Of a stretch of 64,000 nucleotides of DNA, positions 9,894 through 20,777 are shown one piece after another. Position 1 is the first letter of the stretch. Every line of letters begins with the position of its first letter. The notes under the pieces were generated by a model. It had not been told where the DNA came from. It did not search any database and saw only the letters and a program-made list of their open reading frames with translations. The position numbers were made by a program, and so were the translations under genes. Source of the DNA: Naegleria gruberi (taxonomy: Eukaryota); NCBI GenBank assembly GCA_000004985.1, contig GG738901.1. One strand, written 5' to 3'.

Positions 9894-9964
9894 CTCCCCC
9901 TGGTGGGTTGAATATCGACCTGCAGATTAACAGTCTGACGCTCTACCGACTGAGCTAAGGGGGA
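9894..9964 (-). tRNA. tRNA-Asn(GUU)-like gene with defective T-arm (possible pseudogene)
   Basis: The minus strand reads TCCCCCT TA GCTC AGTCGGTA GAGC G TCAGA CTGTTAA TCTGC AGGTC GATATTCAACCCACC AGGGGGA G. The 7-bp acceptor and the D-arm are perfect, the anticodon stem has a 27:43 mismatch, and the anticodon is GTT. However, the T-arm is 2 nt short and its 5' strand cannot pair with CCACC, so the B-box is degraded. A T5 run lies just downstream. Confidence 0.5.
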
Positions 9965-10514
9965 TACATTCAGCAATAAAAAATATTTATAATATTCGAT
10001 GGAAAAAACTGTTTCTTTCCATTTTTGGAATTAACAGCCAAAGAGGTAAATATAATCAATTCGGTTTATCAATTAATAAAACAAAAAATCTGATTTCCTT
10101 CATTGCATTGTAATCATTGCCCTTCTCAGACCAATCAAAATTTGTCCAACCCATGCACAAACTCCTTGAGTATTACAACTTTCGAATAATATGACTGAAT
10201 TTCTTAGCTCATTCCCAAAATCTCATTCACCTCTTATTCATCAAAAACACATCCACAATCCATACAATAACCAAAACTCACTCATCAATATCTTCAAGTT
10301 CATTCCTTTAATCTTCTATCTGTCTTCCATTATCTAAAACCAATTACACCTTCTAATTTTCATCATCTATGTAACCCAACAAGAAGTAAACTAATCACCT
10401 TGGGTAATCAAATTGCTGGGGGAACCTGTCAAATTCTGAGTCAACTAAACTTCATTTGAACCTTTTAGAGGTTGCAGTAAATCGGTTTTTCATTGCAATT
10501 CGAAACAAAAAAAA

Positions 10515-11119
10515 ATGAGAGAAAGTGGCGTAGTAAGTATTTGCATCTTGTGAAAACAATCTCACAAACTGTCTTTCTCATTACCCAAATGGTTTCTAAT
10601 ATACTTTCGAATAATAACAATATCGTTTTGTGATGATCATTATTAATAGGCTTATCTTCTTTGGTTAGGTTGTTGTATTGGATTCTTCGGTTTGCACCGT
10701 TTCTATTTGGACTCTGTCATTTTGGGTGTCATCTGGTTCTGTACTGCTGGTTTGTTCGGCTTTGGTCAATTGATTGATCTTAGTAAGTAATCTTATTTCT
10801 AATATATGATGATTTAACCATTATCTATTACTCACACTAACACACATTCCAACTTTCTCTGTTACGAAAATCAACTTTCGAATAACAATTTAATTCTAAA
10901 GTCCTCATCCCAGGTATGGTCGATGAATGTAACCGTAAATATGGTACTCCACAAGTTACCACTGCTGTTACCAACGTAACAACTTATCAAACTCAACCAC
11001 AAGTCCAACAACCATACGTCCCACCACAACAAGCATATTATCCACCACAACAAGGTTATGTTCCTCCACAACAAGGATATGCTCAACAACCTGCTGTTAA
11101 TGTTTATGTTCAACAATAA
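10515..11119 (+). CDS. TM2 domain-containing membrane protein with Pro/Gln/Tyr-rich tail (3 exons)
   Basis: Exons are 10515-10532, 10650-10782 and 10914-11119. Both introns are GTAAGT...AG, the phases are consistent, and the total is 357 nt. The product is [55 protein letters not shown]..., which carries the TM2 signature G..G.HRFYL...G......G..G..Q..D. Confidence 0.8.
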
Positions 11120-11249
11120 ATATTATTAAATAATTTTAATTATGATGATGAAATATTGTTTTGTTTCGAATAGTGCTAAAGAAGACTAATGGATTGTGAA
11201 GAAAAGTTAAGAAGGGTGATGATGGATCCATCAGAATATACAATAAAAA

Positions 11250-12480
11250 ATGATGTTAAGAAGGAGAGCAGAAGATGAGTTGCAACTCTCAGCAACCATC
11301 ATCAAGGTTGAAAATCTCCAAACAGATCCCAAGTAAGTTTATTGCTTTATTCGAAAGTTGCCAACAACCCACATCAACAGCTCTGTCTATGCCATCCTAA
11401 CTTTCAATCAGGTCCAAAAGAAAGTTTCAACAGCCGACAAAAACCTCGAAGGAAAGAATAGTTACGAATGGTCTGACAATAACAATGTGCTCTTCAAGGA
11501 AATTCCAGAATTTTGCAATGAAAGACTCAAAATTGAAGTGAGGGATAAACAATCGGATAAGTTAATGTAAGGATTTTATGGATCTCAACTTATCTAATCA
11601 AATTGATTTATTTCATTACTATATTATTAATTGATATGATTTTAATGTCGTGCAATGATCATCATCATCAGGAATTAATTTATTATTTTAATTGATGATG
11701 ATCAAATTTATTTCCGAATGATCGATCAATTGAATGTAATATTAATAATAATAATACTATGTATTGATAATGATGAAAATGGATATATATTGGAAAATTA
11801 GAGGAATGACCACAACCTCACTTGAATCATTACCAAAGAATTTGGAAATTACACGTAAACTCAAACTCTACGATACCAAGAATGCAGTTGTTCACTTGAG
11901 GATGAAAGCAATTGGATTTGGAGTTGAGCAACGTTTGTTTGAGGTTCACTCTAAAATAATGCCCTTCCTCAGATCTATTCACACACCAACTGATGCCATG
12001 AGAAATGTTGTCATTATTCCAATGACAATGGAGAATTTCTTTGGATTGGAGCCAGCTATTGAGGCATTGAAGAAGATTAGAGAGAGAAGTTCTCCAGTGG
12101 CTACTCATGCTCTCTTTCCAGTCTTGTTGATTTTCCCTGGAAAGTATTTAGTGAGAGAGACCATTAAATTGACAGCTGCTTTGAATGGTTTGGTAATTTT
12201 TGGAATTACTGACAGTAAAGATAGTAGAGTTGAAATTATTCCATACAAGAAGAGTGAACCAATATTTGATTTATCAGTTGATGTGAATATTATTCACATG
12301 CATGGGTTGACTTTTGAGGCAGATAGTTTGTGTGTTAAGGCAATTAATCCAACAACTAAATTGGAAGCCTACTCGTGTGATTTATCAAAGATTTGGCCAC
12401 CTAATAGTAGTGTTGCTGATATTGTAAATTATGAATTCTTTGGAGAGGAAAATATGGACGAAGAAGAAGGTTTCTACTAG
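11250..12480 (+). CDS. C2-domain-like protein (3 exons)
   Basis: Exons are 11250-11332, 11381-11566 and 11802-12480 (948 nt in total). The introns are 48 nt (GTAAGT...CAACAG) and 235 nt (GTAAGG...AAATTAG). The spliced N-terminus is LQLSATIIKVENLQTDPNSVYAILTF...RLKIEVRDKQSDKLIGMTTTSLESL, which follows the C2 pattern (L.V.I..A.NL...D...YV......L...V.D...D..IG...I.L..L). Confidence 0.65.
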
Positions 12481-12656
12481 TAATATAAAAATTGTAATTG
12501 TATTACATGTCATTTCTTAACATTTTTATCTTGATCCAGTTAACTTTGTAAACCATTCAATAGAAGTCAATTAGACCTTCAAGTGTCAGAAGAAGATCAA
12601 TAGTAATCAAACTTAGTTCCAACTTCCTTAATTTACAATTTTCAAACTTTAAAAAA

Positions 12657-14180
12657 ATGCTTTCAAACAACCTTCCCTCCACAGATGTCTCCACTCAATC
12701 AGTAGCAGCAGCAACAACAACTCTTCCGAATGGTTATTCTCGGGAGTGGCCAATCATCGTTGAAAATTTACAGAAAATTGCAAATAGAGAAAAAGTGTTT
12801 GGATCGATTGCAGCTTGGATTGAATTTGTAAAGGATTTGGATCAGAAAATTGTTGATGATTGTATGAATAATAATCGTGATGATGACGATGATGGTAGTG
12901 TTCAAGAAGTTTCCAGATCAACTGATTATCACTTTAGAAATTTATCATTCCTTTATAAAAAGATGAATATTTCGGACAAGAAGGAAGCAAAAGAACATTC
13001 ATTGATGAGTGAGAAGGAATTTATGGAAAAGGTTGTTCCAAAGATTGCTCAGTGGATTTTGGATTTGGAAAGAGAGTTTCCAAGTGGAAAAATTCCAGTC
13101 TTGATGATGAATGCATCTGGTGTTGTGAGATTGACCAAGAGACAGATCAGGTCGATTATGAGTTGTGCATTTTGTTGTTTATTCAGAGAAAGAGGAGATG
13201 TATCAAAGAAAAATATGGGTGTTTTCGAGTTTGGATTATTCTGGAGTGTTGCTTCACAAAATTTCCTAATGTCATTATTTCACTATTTTGAGAGGATGTA
13301 TAAATTAGACAATGATAGCTCAACAAGCAGTTCTTTGGATGAAATAATTTTATTTGAAAGGAAGGTTTTAAAGAACAATTATAGGCGATTCATAGAAGAG
13401 GAAATTTGCAAGAGTCAACAAAAGATGTGCCCTTTATTATTCAAACAAGGAAAGATTCAAGATAATCTTAATCACTTGATGGTTGATTTTGCAAATTGTA
13501 TGATTGGTGGACATGTGCTCGGTGGTGCAGTTGCACAAGAAGAGATTTTATTTGTTGAATGTCCAGAGCTTTTTGCATCCATTTTAATTTGCCCTCAAAT
13601 GCAAGTTCATGAAACTATTAAGTTCACAGGATTTGAGAGATATTCAAATTTGAAAGGATACATTAAGAGTATGACTTATGAGACCTATCTAGACAATCAA
13701 CCAGTAATCGAGAACGTAAGAAAGAATCAACTAATTGCTATGGATGCTCTGCAAGGAGTGGGAATTTTCCAATTCCAAAAAGAATTCATTCTTAGAGAAA
13801 TATTCAAAACCACCTGTGCTTTCACATCAAAAGAGAATGATTTCCTCAAAGATTCATCATCTGATTTACCAACATTAGAAAACGAACCTATTGCAAGTGG
13901 ATTCTGGGGCTGTGGAATGTTTGGAGGTGATAAGCAATTGAAAACAATCATTCAATGGTTGAGTGCTACTTTATGTAATAGACCTTCTCTAACTATTCAT
14001 CTCTTTTCACCTGAGGATGAGAAAATTGAACAAGATTTCAACACAAAAATACTTCCATTAATTGTGGAGAAGGAGTTAAGTCTTGGTCAAGTTGCAGATG
14101 CATTACTCAACACTTACCAATCAGTTAGAAAAACAACATCTTTTTCAATTTTTGAATTTCTTCATCAAAACTTCAAATAA
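12657..14180 (+). CDS. PARG: Poly(ADP-ribose) glycohydrolase
   Basis: A 507-aa single ORF starts at ATG after an A-run. The PARG catalytic signature is IGGHVLGGAVAQEEILFVECPELFASIL (GGG-x6-8-QEE class), and ASGFWGCGMFGGDKQLKTIIQWLSAT is also present. Confidence 0.9.
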   Translation: MLSNNLPSTDVSTQSVAAATTTLPNGYSREWPIIVENLQKIANREKVFGSIAAWIEFVKDLDQKIVDDCMNNNRDDDDDGSVQEVSRSTDYHFRNLSFLYKKMNISDKKEAKEHSLMSEKEFMEKVVPKIAQWILDLEREFPSGKIPVLMMNASGVVRLTKRQIRSIMSCAFCCLFRERGDVSKKNMGVFEFGLFWSVASQNFLMSLFHYFERMYKLDNDSSTSSSLDEIILFERKVLKNNYRRFIEEEICKSQQKMCPLLFKQGKIQDNLNHLMVDFANCMIGGHVLGGAVAQEEILFVECPELFASILICPQMQVHETIKFTGFERYSNLKGYIKSMTYETYLDNQPVIENVRKNQLIAMDALQGVGIFQFQKEFILREIFKTTCAFTSKENDFLKDSSSDLPTLENEPIASGFWGCGMFGGDKQLKTIIQWLSATLCNRPSLTIHLFSPEDEKIEQDFNTKILPLIVEKELSLGQVADALLNTYQSVRKTTSFSIFEFLHQNFK

Positions 14181-14327
14181 AATCCAGAACTTGACTAATT
14201 TCAAATAGTAATCCTGTCAACTAAATCAATAAAACTAATTTACCAAATGGTATTAACAAAACCAAAGCACTTTAAAAAAGAAAACAAGTGCAGAATGTTT
14301 CTTGATATTAAAACACAAAATTACAAC

Positions 14328-14400
14328 CGCCCCACGTGGGGCTCGAACCCACGACCGTTGGATTAAAAGTCCAACGCTCTACCGACTGAGCTAGCAGGGC
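14328..14400 (-). tRNA. tRNA-Lys(UUU): tRNA-Lys (anticodon UUU)
   Basis: The minus strand reads GCCCTGC TA GCTC AGTCGGTA GAGC G TTGGA CTTTTAA TCCAA CGGTC GTGGG TTCGAGC CCCAC GTGGGGC G. This is a canonical 73-nt cloverleaf with no encoded CCA. Confidence 0.92.
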
Positions 14401-14503
14401 TGCTCATCAAAAATATCAAAGAAATTTACAAATAATACCCCATCCCTTTAGAGCTCCTAGGAGCCAAATTCCAAAGTTCATGATGAAAACCAACAGTAAA
14501 AAA

Positions 14504-15281
14504 ATGAAAACAAGGCTAGATAGATTAAATCTTATTCGTTGGTCTGATGAGGCAGAACGATTTGAGGGTTTGTTATTCTCCAAACAATGGTTTGCAAATA
14601 ATTATTAAAGATCTTATAAAATTTACAAAAAAATCAATTATTGAAATTCTTGATTCCGATTTGCCGATCCCAACCAAAGAGGAGAGAAATTGGATTGGTG
14701 GTTGTTTTAAAAGAACCATACCTGCAAAGATATGTTCCTATCGATCAATAAGAGTTCTACAACAACGAGAACAGAATGCCTCTTCTTCTCCTCATCATAG
14801 ACAATTAATTGATGATTATTTATTCAAAATTGCAAAAGAAATTATTGATGATTCAACGGAAATGATTGGATTAATAGATGAAATATTAAAGAGGGATTTA
14901 TTGGATGATGAGGATCGTTTATATTATTGCCACCTTAAAGGAGATTACTACAAAATGTTGTTTGCTATTGATGGGGAACAAGACAAGTGGAAGTTGTTGT
15001 ATTGTCAGAGTTTTGAGGATGGTAGAGATTCGTTGGAGAAGGTATCTCCTCTTAATGTTATTGGATTGAGGACGTCTCTTGCTGCCTCTGTATTCTACTA
15101 TGAAGTGATGAATGATCAGGAAAAAGCAGTTGAAATTGCAAAATCAGCATTCAACGCTGCTGTTCCTTTATTTGATGAATTGGATGAGGAAGTTACCAGT
15201 GAAATTTTGATGTTACTGCAAATGTTGAGGGATAACTTGACGCTGTGGACTTTTTCAGAAGAGCCAGATGAAGAAGATTAA
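14504..15281 (+). CDS. 14-3-3 family protein (divergent), 2 exons
   Basis: Exons are 14504-14567 and 14611-15281, with a 43-nt intron (GTTTGT...TTAAAG, phase 1) and a total of 735 nt. Splicing gives ...IRWSDEAERFEDLIKFTKK, compare 14-3-3 AKLAEQAERYDEMV..MK. Further matches are YYCHLKGDYYKMLFAI and LAASVFYYEVMNDQEKAVEIAKSAFNAAV...LLQMLRDNLTLWT. Confidence 0.85.
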
Positions 15282-15800
15282 GGTTCTAAAGAACATTGTA
15301 TGCTGGTAAGAGTATTGTATTTACTTGAATGACAGAGTATTAATTTACATGCCATTTGGAAAAATTATGTAATGTTGTTGGAAGTATTAAGGGATGTATG
15401 CACACAACAGCAGGAATAATATTCACGATTAGATTATCTAGCATGCAGAGCTCTATTGCATTGTTAAATTGTAGATGGACGTATCGTTGTATACAGTAAG
15501 GGAGAGGATGATTCATTTCGATTAGATAAAGGATAGGTTCGTTGTTGGTGTTCCTACATTCAAAGTGACAGTCAAATTGAAATAGGATATTATCAGAATG
15601 TAATTGTTCCTATTTTGAAGTGAGAGAGTTCTCTGCTGAGTACTTCCTATTATTGGTTGCGTGGATGCAAAAACTCCAATAATTAAAGTGATGTCCACCA
15701 GTTGATAATAGTTTCTAATGTTCTTCTATTGTCATGAAGTTTGTTTGCAATTCAACTGATGTATTTTATGGTGTTACAGACAAGATAAGAGACGGCCTGA

Positions 15801-16595
15801 TTATTGTTTGGTCAATTGAATTATTTGCTGAACAACACTGGCAACATCTTTTTCTTGGTTATCTACCACTACTAATTTGGCATTCTTAATTGTTGGATTA
15901 ATTGTGAGTTCAAGAGTTTCGAATTGACTAGGAATTAAACTACTATTCATAAAGTGTGCAGAACGATTTTCTAATCTATCCTGTGCTTCGTTTTGAGAAA
16001 TGGACAAGTTGACAAATAGCCAGTTGATATCCAAATTAACATTGTGTTGAATTGGCTTATCCAGAAGTTCCTCCTCATTTTCACATAGTTGTGCGTCACC
16101 CAACACAAGTAATTCTCTATAAATATTCTTCAAAGCACTACAAGAAACCACCACAATCTTCCTATTCGAATGTTTAATCTCATTCATAATTTGTAAATGA
16201 ATGGCCAATAACCAAGGTCGTCTATCCTGATCATTCAATGGAATTCCCTTTGCCATTTTCTCCACATTACTCTTTGAATGAAATTTGTCTCCCTCCAAGA
16301 AACAACACTCTCCACCACATTCGTTTAAATATTGAGTCAAAGCCTCTCCAATCGTCGATTTGCCACAACCACAAACTCCAAACAATACAATCACCAAATA
16401 TTTATCATCATTTACTCTTTCATCAGTATTTAAAACATTTTCAGAAGAAGTAAATTGATTCAAATTTTTATCACTCATCATCATACAACCAGAATCAAAG
16501 CCTTGAAGTTGTTGTTTATCTTCCATTCCGACGCAATTTTCTTGCTGTGCTGCGGCCAAAGATTTTGTGTTTCCTTGTGTAAGCAAATTGTTCAT
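15801..16595 (-). CDS. Gluconokinase (P-loop, GntK/IDNK family)
   Basis: Matching strings are VLFGVCGCGKSTIGEALTQYL...FLEGDKFHSKSNVEKMAKGIPLNDQDRRPWL...VVVSCSALKNIYRELL. The tracked ORF begins at a TTG (16718). The first ATG, at 16595, follows an A-run and is taken as the start. Confidence 0.85.
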   Translation of the reverse strand: MNNLLTQGNTKSLAAAQQENCVGMEDKQQLQGFDSGCMMMSDKNLNQFTSSENVLNTDERVNDDKYLVIVLFGVCGCGKSTIGEALTQYLNECGGECCFLEGDKFHSKSNVEKMAKGIPLNDQDRRPWLLAIHLQIMNEIKHSNRKIVVVSCSALKNIYRELLVLGDAQLCENEEELLDKPIQHNVNLDINWLFVNLSISQNEAQDRLENRSAHFMNSSLIPSQFETLELTINPTIKNAKLVVVDNQEKDVASVVQQIIQLTKQ

Positions 16596-17494
16596 TTTTT
16601 TTAAATGGAAAAAAAGATTTGGAGGGAAAATCTGCAAATTAGCACAAACTACAAATGCAAGCAATTTCCAAACTAATGAAATTTGTTTCCATTCAAAGGT
16701 TTGGTTACAATGAAACAATATGATTTTGATACTTACAAAGAATAGTTTGTACGATGTTACACTAAAGGCAATTTGTTAATTATTTATCTTATTCGAAAGG
16801 CAAGGTGCTAGGGGAAGGAGTCCTTGACAAAAAGAAAGTTTATATCACCACTCGTTTCGTCTTAATGAACCTTAAAATTTGTTTACAATAAACTATTCGA
16901 AACTGCAGAACCCTGCTTCATACAAAGCATACTCAAATTATACTCCAACTAAATAAAGTCAGAGAATGTTTCTTGTATCATACCCAAGAATCAACACAAT
17001 AACGCACTGAAGTTACAACTGCGGCCTATTTCAGTACAAGGTCCCAACTTGCCAAGACATTAAACGAAACTATTCGAAAGGGTAGATAAGGCAACCACTG
17101 CATATTACTGCTAAAACATCCTTTTTTACAATCCTTAAAACTCGACATTGACACATTGATCCAGATTTAATGTTGACTTTTCAACAATTCCGCTAATAGA
17201 AGTGATGCATAATGCATTCGGATAGTTTCATTGAGTTGCAAACTTTAAATTATTTAAAAAAGAGCAATAGGAATCTGCAGCACTTTCTTTTATCATCATC
17301 ATTTCCTACAACATTGTAGTTTTGTCTACAACCACCAATAAACTAAACAGAACTATTGTAGACGAAACAAAAAGAACACAAAATTCCACAACAACTCCAC
17401 CAACACAATTTACCTAATTTTGAAATCATCATCAACACATTTTCCCTCCTTTCCAGAGATTTTGAAATTTACAGTCAACACTTTTTACTAAAAA

Positions 17495-20122
17495 ATGTTT
17501 GGTTTCACAAGTGAATCGAGGTCTAATAGCAATGAGGATGGTGGATTTGTTTCACCTGCCAAGATTCGTTCTCAACAACAGTCGGCTTCAGTTTCGTCTA
17601 GTCATTCGAATACAATGATTCAGAATTTACCGACCACTTCGAATACACATGCACTTGATGGAGGAGACATACAAGACATGATGCATTCACCAAGATTTGA
17701 GGAAGATGAAGTGGACTACAGAGGTAAAGCTAGAGATTCGAATAATGATGATGAAATTAATCAATACGAAATTTCAATACCTGTTAGTGCGATTGTATTG
17801 AATACTTCATTTACTCCGATTTTGGTTACTAATCAATCCAATTCCACAAATTTACTTTCGAATAATCAACAATTTATGAATGTATCAGGTTTATCAAATA
17901 ATTCTTCAAATCAGTCAGCATCTGGTTCTGGTCAACTCAATTTATTCGAAAGTTCAACTTCTCAAAAACCAAGACCACAATCAGCTAGATACTGTAACTC
18001 ATCCATTTCTTCAATTGTTCTAGCGATGAATCCACCAACACCTCCACAAGGAGAAATTCAACAAAACAAATTGTTGGCCGTTTCTAATATTGAAAATTCA
18101 TTTAATAATTCTGGAAATTCATTACTGTCAAGTCAAAACTCTGCATGCAGTGGAGCTCATACAACATCTTCAATTATTTCGAATAAGGGAAGTGGAACTG
18201 GAAGTAATGGAGAAAGTGGATGGACCATGACGAAACAGCAACGAGAAAGGTTTCAACATGTGGAAAAATTGAGAAGTAAATTATTCGAAAGTATGGAAAC
18301 AATGAATTGGTTGAATGAGAAGGCATCATCCTCCAAACATGCAGATCAGAAAAACTCAGTTGAAGTCAAGAAACAGAAATTTGTGATGGAATGTGTGAGC
18401 AAACTCAAGTTTTTGGATGAATTCTACGATGCCCTCAATGGGAGAGTGAGAACATTTGATTGTGTGAGGGATGTGGTCGAGGCTCTTGATAATTTCTGTT
18501 CAAATATTCTCAGTTTTTCACATGAAAAGTTTGGATATATTAGGAGTCAAGAATCAAATGGTTCTTCCTCCTCAAGAAAATCCATTCGAATGACAACCTC
18601 CACTGGGTTGAGTACTGTTTCAGTGGGTGAAAAGAAGAGTGGAAGTGGCAATTTACTGACCGGAGCCTTGAGTAGAGATCCCAGCTCTGAAGATATGGGC
18701 AGCGGTTCACCACTCACAACTACAGCCCTATTGAAATCATCCCTAGATAATAATATCAACGAGTTGGCCAATGCAATGGAGCAAAACAAACTCTCACCTT
18801 GTTTTCAACATGAGAGGTTGAGAGATTTTATTATTGGTATTTGGTTAGAATTGACCAAATGTGATAATAACGAGAACAAATTGAATACACTTTTGAATAC
18901 CAAGATCAAACGATCAGTTGTTGACTCTGAGAGAATCAACAATACATTTAATAACTCTAGGAGAAATTCCACTAATTTGACATCACTTTTGCAATCTACT
19001 GAAGATTCAAGTCTCTCCCTGTTCAATTCTTCATTGGTGAGGAAGGAATCAGTAAAGACCCTCGAAAAGATCCTCATCATTGAAGAAAACCTTGGAGAAA
19101 AGCTTTCTAACGATATTAGAATTTTGACCGACATGTTCCTCACTGAAATGGATGATATTCTTGCTGTATTCCACGATAAGCAGGTAAAGTTTATCAGATC
19201 GTGGTATAATGAAGCTCTAGATAAATGCTTACTCCCATTCCACTCACTGAATGCAATGAAGAAGAGAAAGGAATGCCTCAAGGGATTGAAAACAGATCAC
19301 ACACTCAGTGAGGAGGATTTCGCTCTCAAGTATGTCATTGAGAAGGATTGGAAGTTTTTAGATAGACTTTGTGAATATACTCCAGATTGGAAAATTGTAA
19401 GCAAGAATCTTCCACTTGTCTCTGCATGGACATCTAACGAAAACTATAGCAACATTTCTGATATGAGGTTGACCAAGTTTGTTGGCTATTTTGACTGTTC
19501 GATTGAGAATGCAACAAGAGCACTGAGTCACGATGTATCACTAGAAAAGATTTACAATAACAGAGTTGTGTGGCATGAGTATAGTAAGCCAAGCATGTCA
19601 AGCTCTCTCGAAAAGTTTCCAACTGCGCTCATGTCTTGTGTGAATGAAACAAGTGGTCTACACAAGAAACAATCAATGGAATTGGTAATTTCAGGAAAGA
19701 CCAAATTCATTGGTAATGAATCCACTACAGAGCTAGTCGAGTCATGCTTTTGTTTCAAGTCATGTAACATCTTGAAAGGCAATAATTCAAAGGACTCGGA
19801 TTCCTCACGTTTCATCTCAATCGGTGCCAGATATATAACCAAAGTTGACAATAACAGAATTAGAGTTATGGAAGTGAGATTTAGTAGAATTGCAGGATTT
19901 TTGAAAAAGACCTTCCTCTTTTCTATCAATATGAAAAAGGAGATGGGTTTATTCTATACATCTCTGATTGAAATTTTTACAGGAGAAGAAGAGAAAGGTT
20001 TCCCACTTGCCTCTACAAGTAATAATCTAATGAAAGTCATTTGCGACTACGCAAGAACGTATTGCCATGTGGATTTTGGTATGAAATACTCACATAGCGA
20101 GGATGAAATTCCAGTCATTTAA
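17495..20122 (+). CDS. Hypothetical 875-aa Ser/Asn-rich protein; C-terminal ~220 aa possibly a START/Bet v1-like fold (weak)
   Basis: A long single ORF starts at ATG after an A-run. The N-terminal half is low-complexity. The fold suggestion rests only on a loose pattern (W...V.......K..G......L.D...). Confidence 0.75.
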   Translation: MFGFTSESRSNSNEDGGFVSPAKIRSQQQSASVSSSHSNTMIQNLPTTSNTHALDGGDIQDMMHSPRFEEDEVDYRGKARDSNNDDEINQYEISIPVSAIVLNTSFTPILVTNQSNSTNLLSNNQQFMNVSGLSNNSSNQSASGSGQLNLFESSTSQKPRPQSARYCNSSISSIVLAMNPPTPPQGEIQQNKLLAVSNIENSFNNSGNSLLSSQNSACSGAHTTSSIISNKGSGTGSNGESGWTMTKQQRERFQHVEKLRSKLFESMETMNWLNEKASSSKHADQKNSVEVKKQKFVMECVSKLKFLDEFYDALNGRVRTFDCVRDVVEALDNFCSNILSFSHEKFGYIRSQESNGSSSSRKSIRMTTSTGLSTVSVGEKKSGSGNLLTGALSRDPSSEDMGSGSPLTTTALLKSSLDNNINELANAMEQNKLSPCFQHERLRDFIIGIWLELTKCDNNENKLNTLLNTKIKRSVVDSERINNTFNNSRRNSTNLTSLLQSTEDSSLSLFNSSLVRKESVKTLEKILIIEENLGEKLSNDIRILTDMFLTEMDDILAVFHDKQVKFIRSWYNEALDKCLLPFHSLNAMKKRKECLKGLKTDHTLSEEDFALKYVIEKDWKFLDRLCEYTPDWKIVSKNLPLVSAWTSNENYSNISDMRLTKFVGYFDCSIENATRALSHDVSLEKIYNNRVVWHEYSKPSMSSSLEKFPTALMSCVNETSGLHKKQSMELVISGKTKFIGNESTTELVESCFCFKSCNILKGNNSKDSDSSRFISIGARYITKVDNNRIRVMEVRFSRIAGFLKKTFLFSINMKKEMGLFYTSLIEIFTGEEEKGFPLASTSNNLMKVICDYARTYCHVDFGMKYSHSEDEIPVI

Positions 20123-20777
20123 CTAAACTAATTTTTTATTGAACTGAATATTTACAATTTTTCCAATAAGAATAAGGATGTGTTGCGTGTGGAAAGACAA
20201 TTGTTCTGACATAGACGAATTGTGAAACTGTCTTAATTCCATTTCCAATAAACAATGAAGTGGATCTTCAGGAGCCTTTTCTTAAGAGAATGTCAGAATA
20301 TTCATGGTTTCTCAGTAGTGGCTATATATTGATAAAATTGAAATCTTCATCTAAAACACGTAAACAATGGATCATATTAGTATTGTAAAATACTTGTTCC
20401 GATATTTATTGTTTTTGCCTCATCACTCGAGTTAAGAATGGATTGTAAAGAAATCGAGAGGGAAACTGAAACAACAAAAAAAATACCTCAACTCGGTTTG
20501 TCAACACAGCTTGTAAGGAATCCAATCAAGGCTAAAGTCTTGCATTATCAACTTGTCAATTCAGTCTTTGAAATCATTTCGTCCACCTCACTACTCGAAA
20601 GAAGGCTAATTAACAATCACACAATCTTTCATTATTTCACTGATTCAAAGAAGGCTTCATTACTATCATCATACAATCTTCACTAATAGAAAGAAGGCTT
20701 CGTTTAACTACAATTCTCAACAAATTATCACAAGAAGCCACATTACAATTTAAAATCGCCAGGTGCTATTATAGATC

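Noticed and set aside
11333-11357. Intron GTAAGT...CGAAAG in the C2 gene
   Set aside because: It is only 25 nt long and gives the wrong phase, with an immediate stop. The 48-nt version ending at CAACAG (11380) is phase-correct.
16596-16718. N-terminal extension of the gluconokinase ORF, and similar extensions at 61917-62084, 27674-27700 and 56116-56151
   Set aside because: These track ORFs start at TTG or GTG translated as M. In each case the first real ATG follows the A-run context shared by nearly all genes here, or the segment is explained by an upstream exon.
20438-20686. 82-aa ORF in the intergenic region; also 691-942, 4039-4221, 4384-4602, 29415-29615, 29757-29951 and 60773-60955
   Set aside because: These are short, lack domain or composition support, and have poor or no ATG context. 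They lie in promoter or UTR space, and their length is expected by chance.
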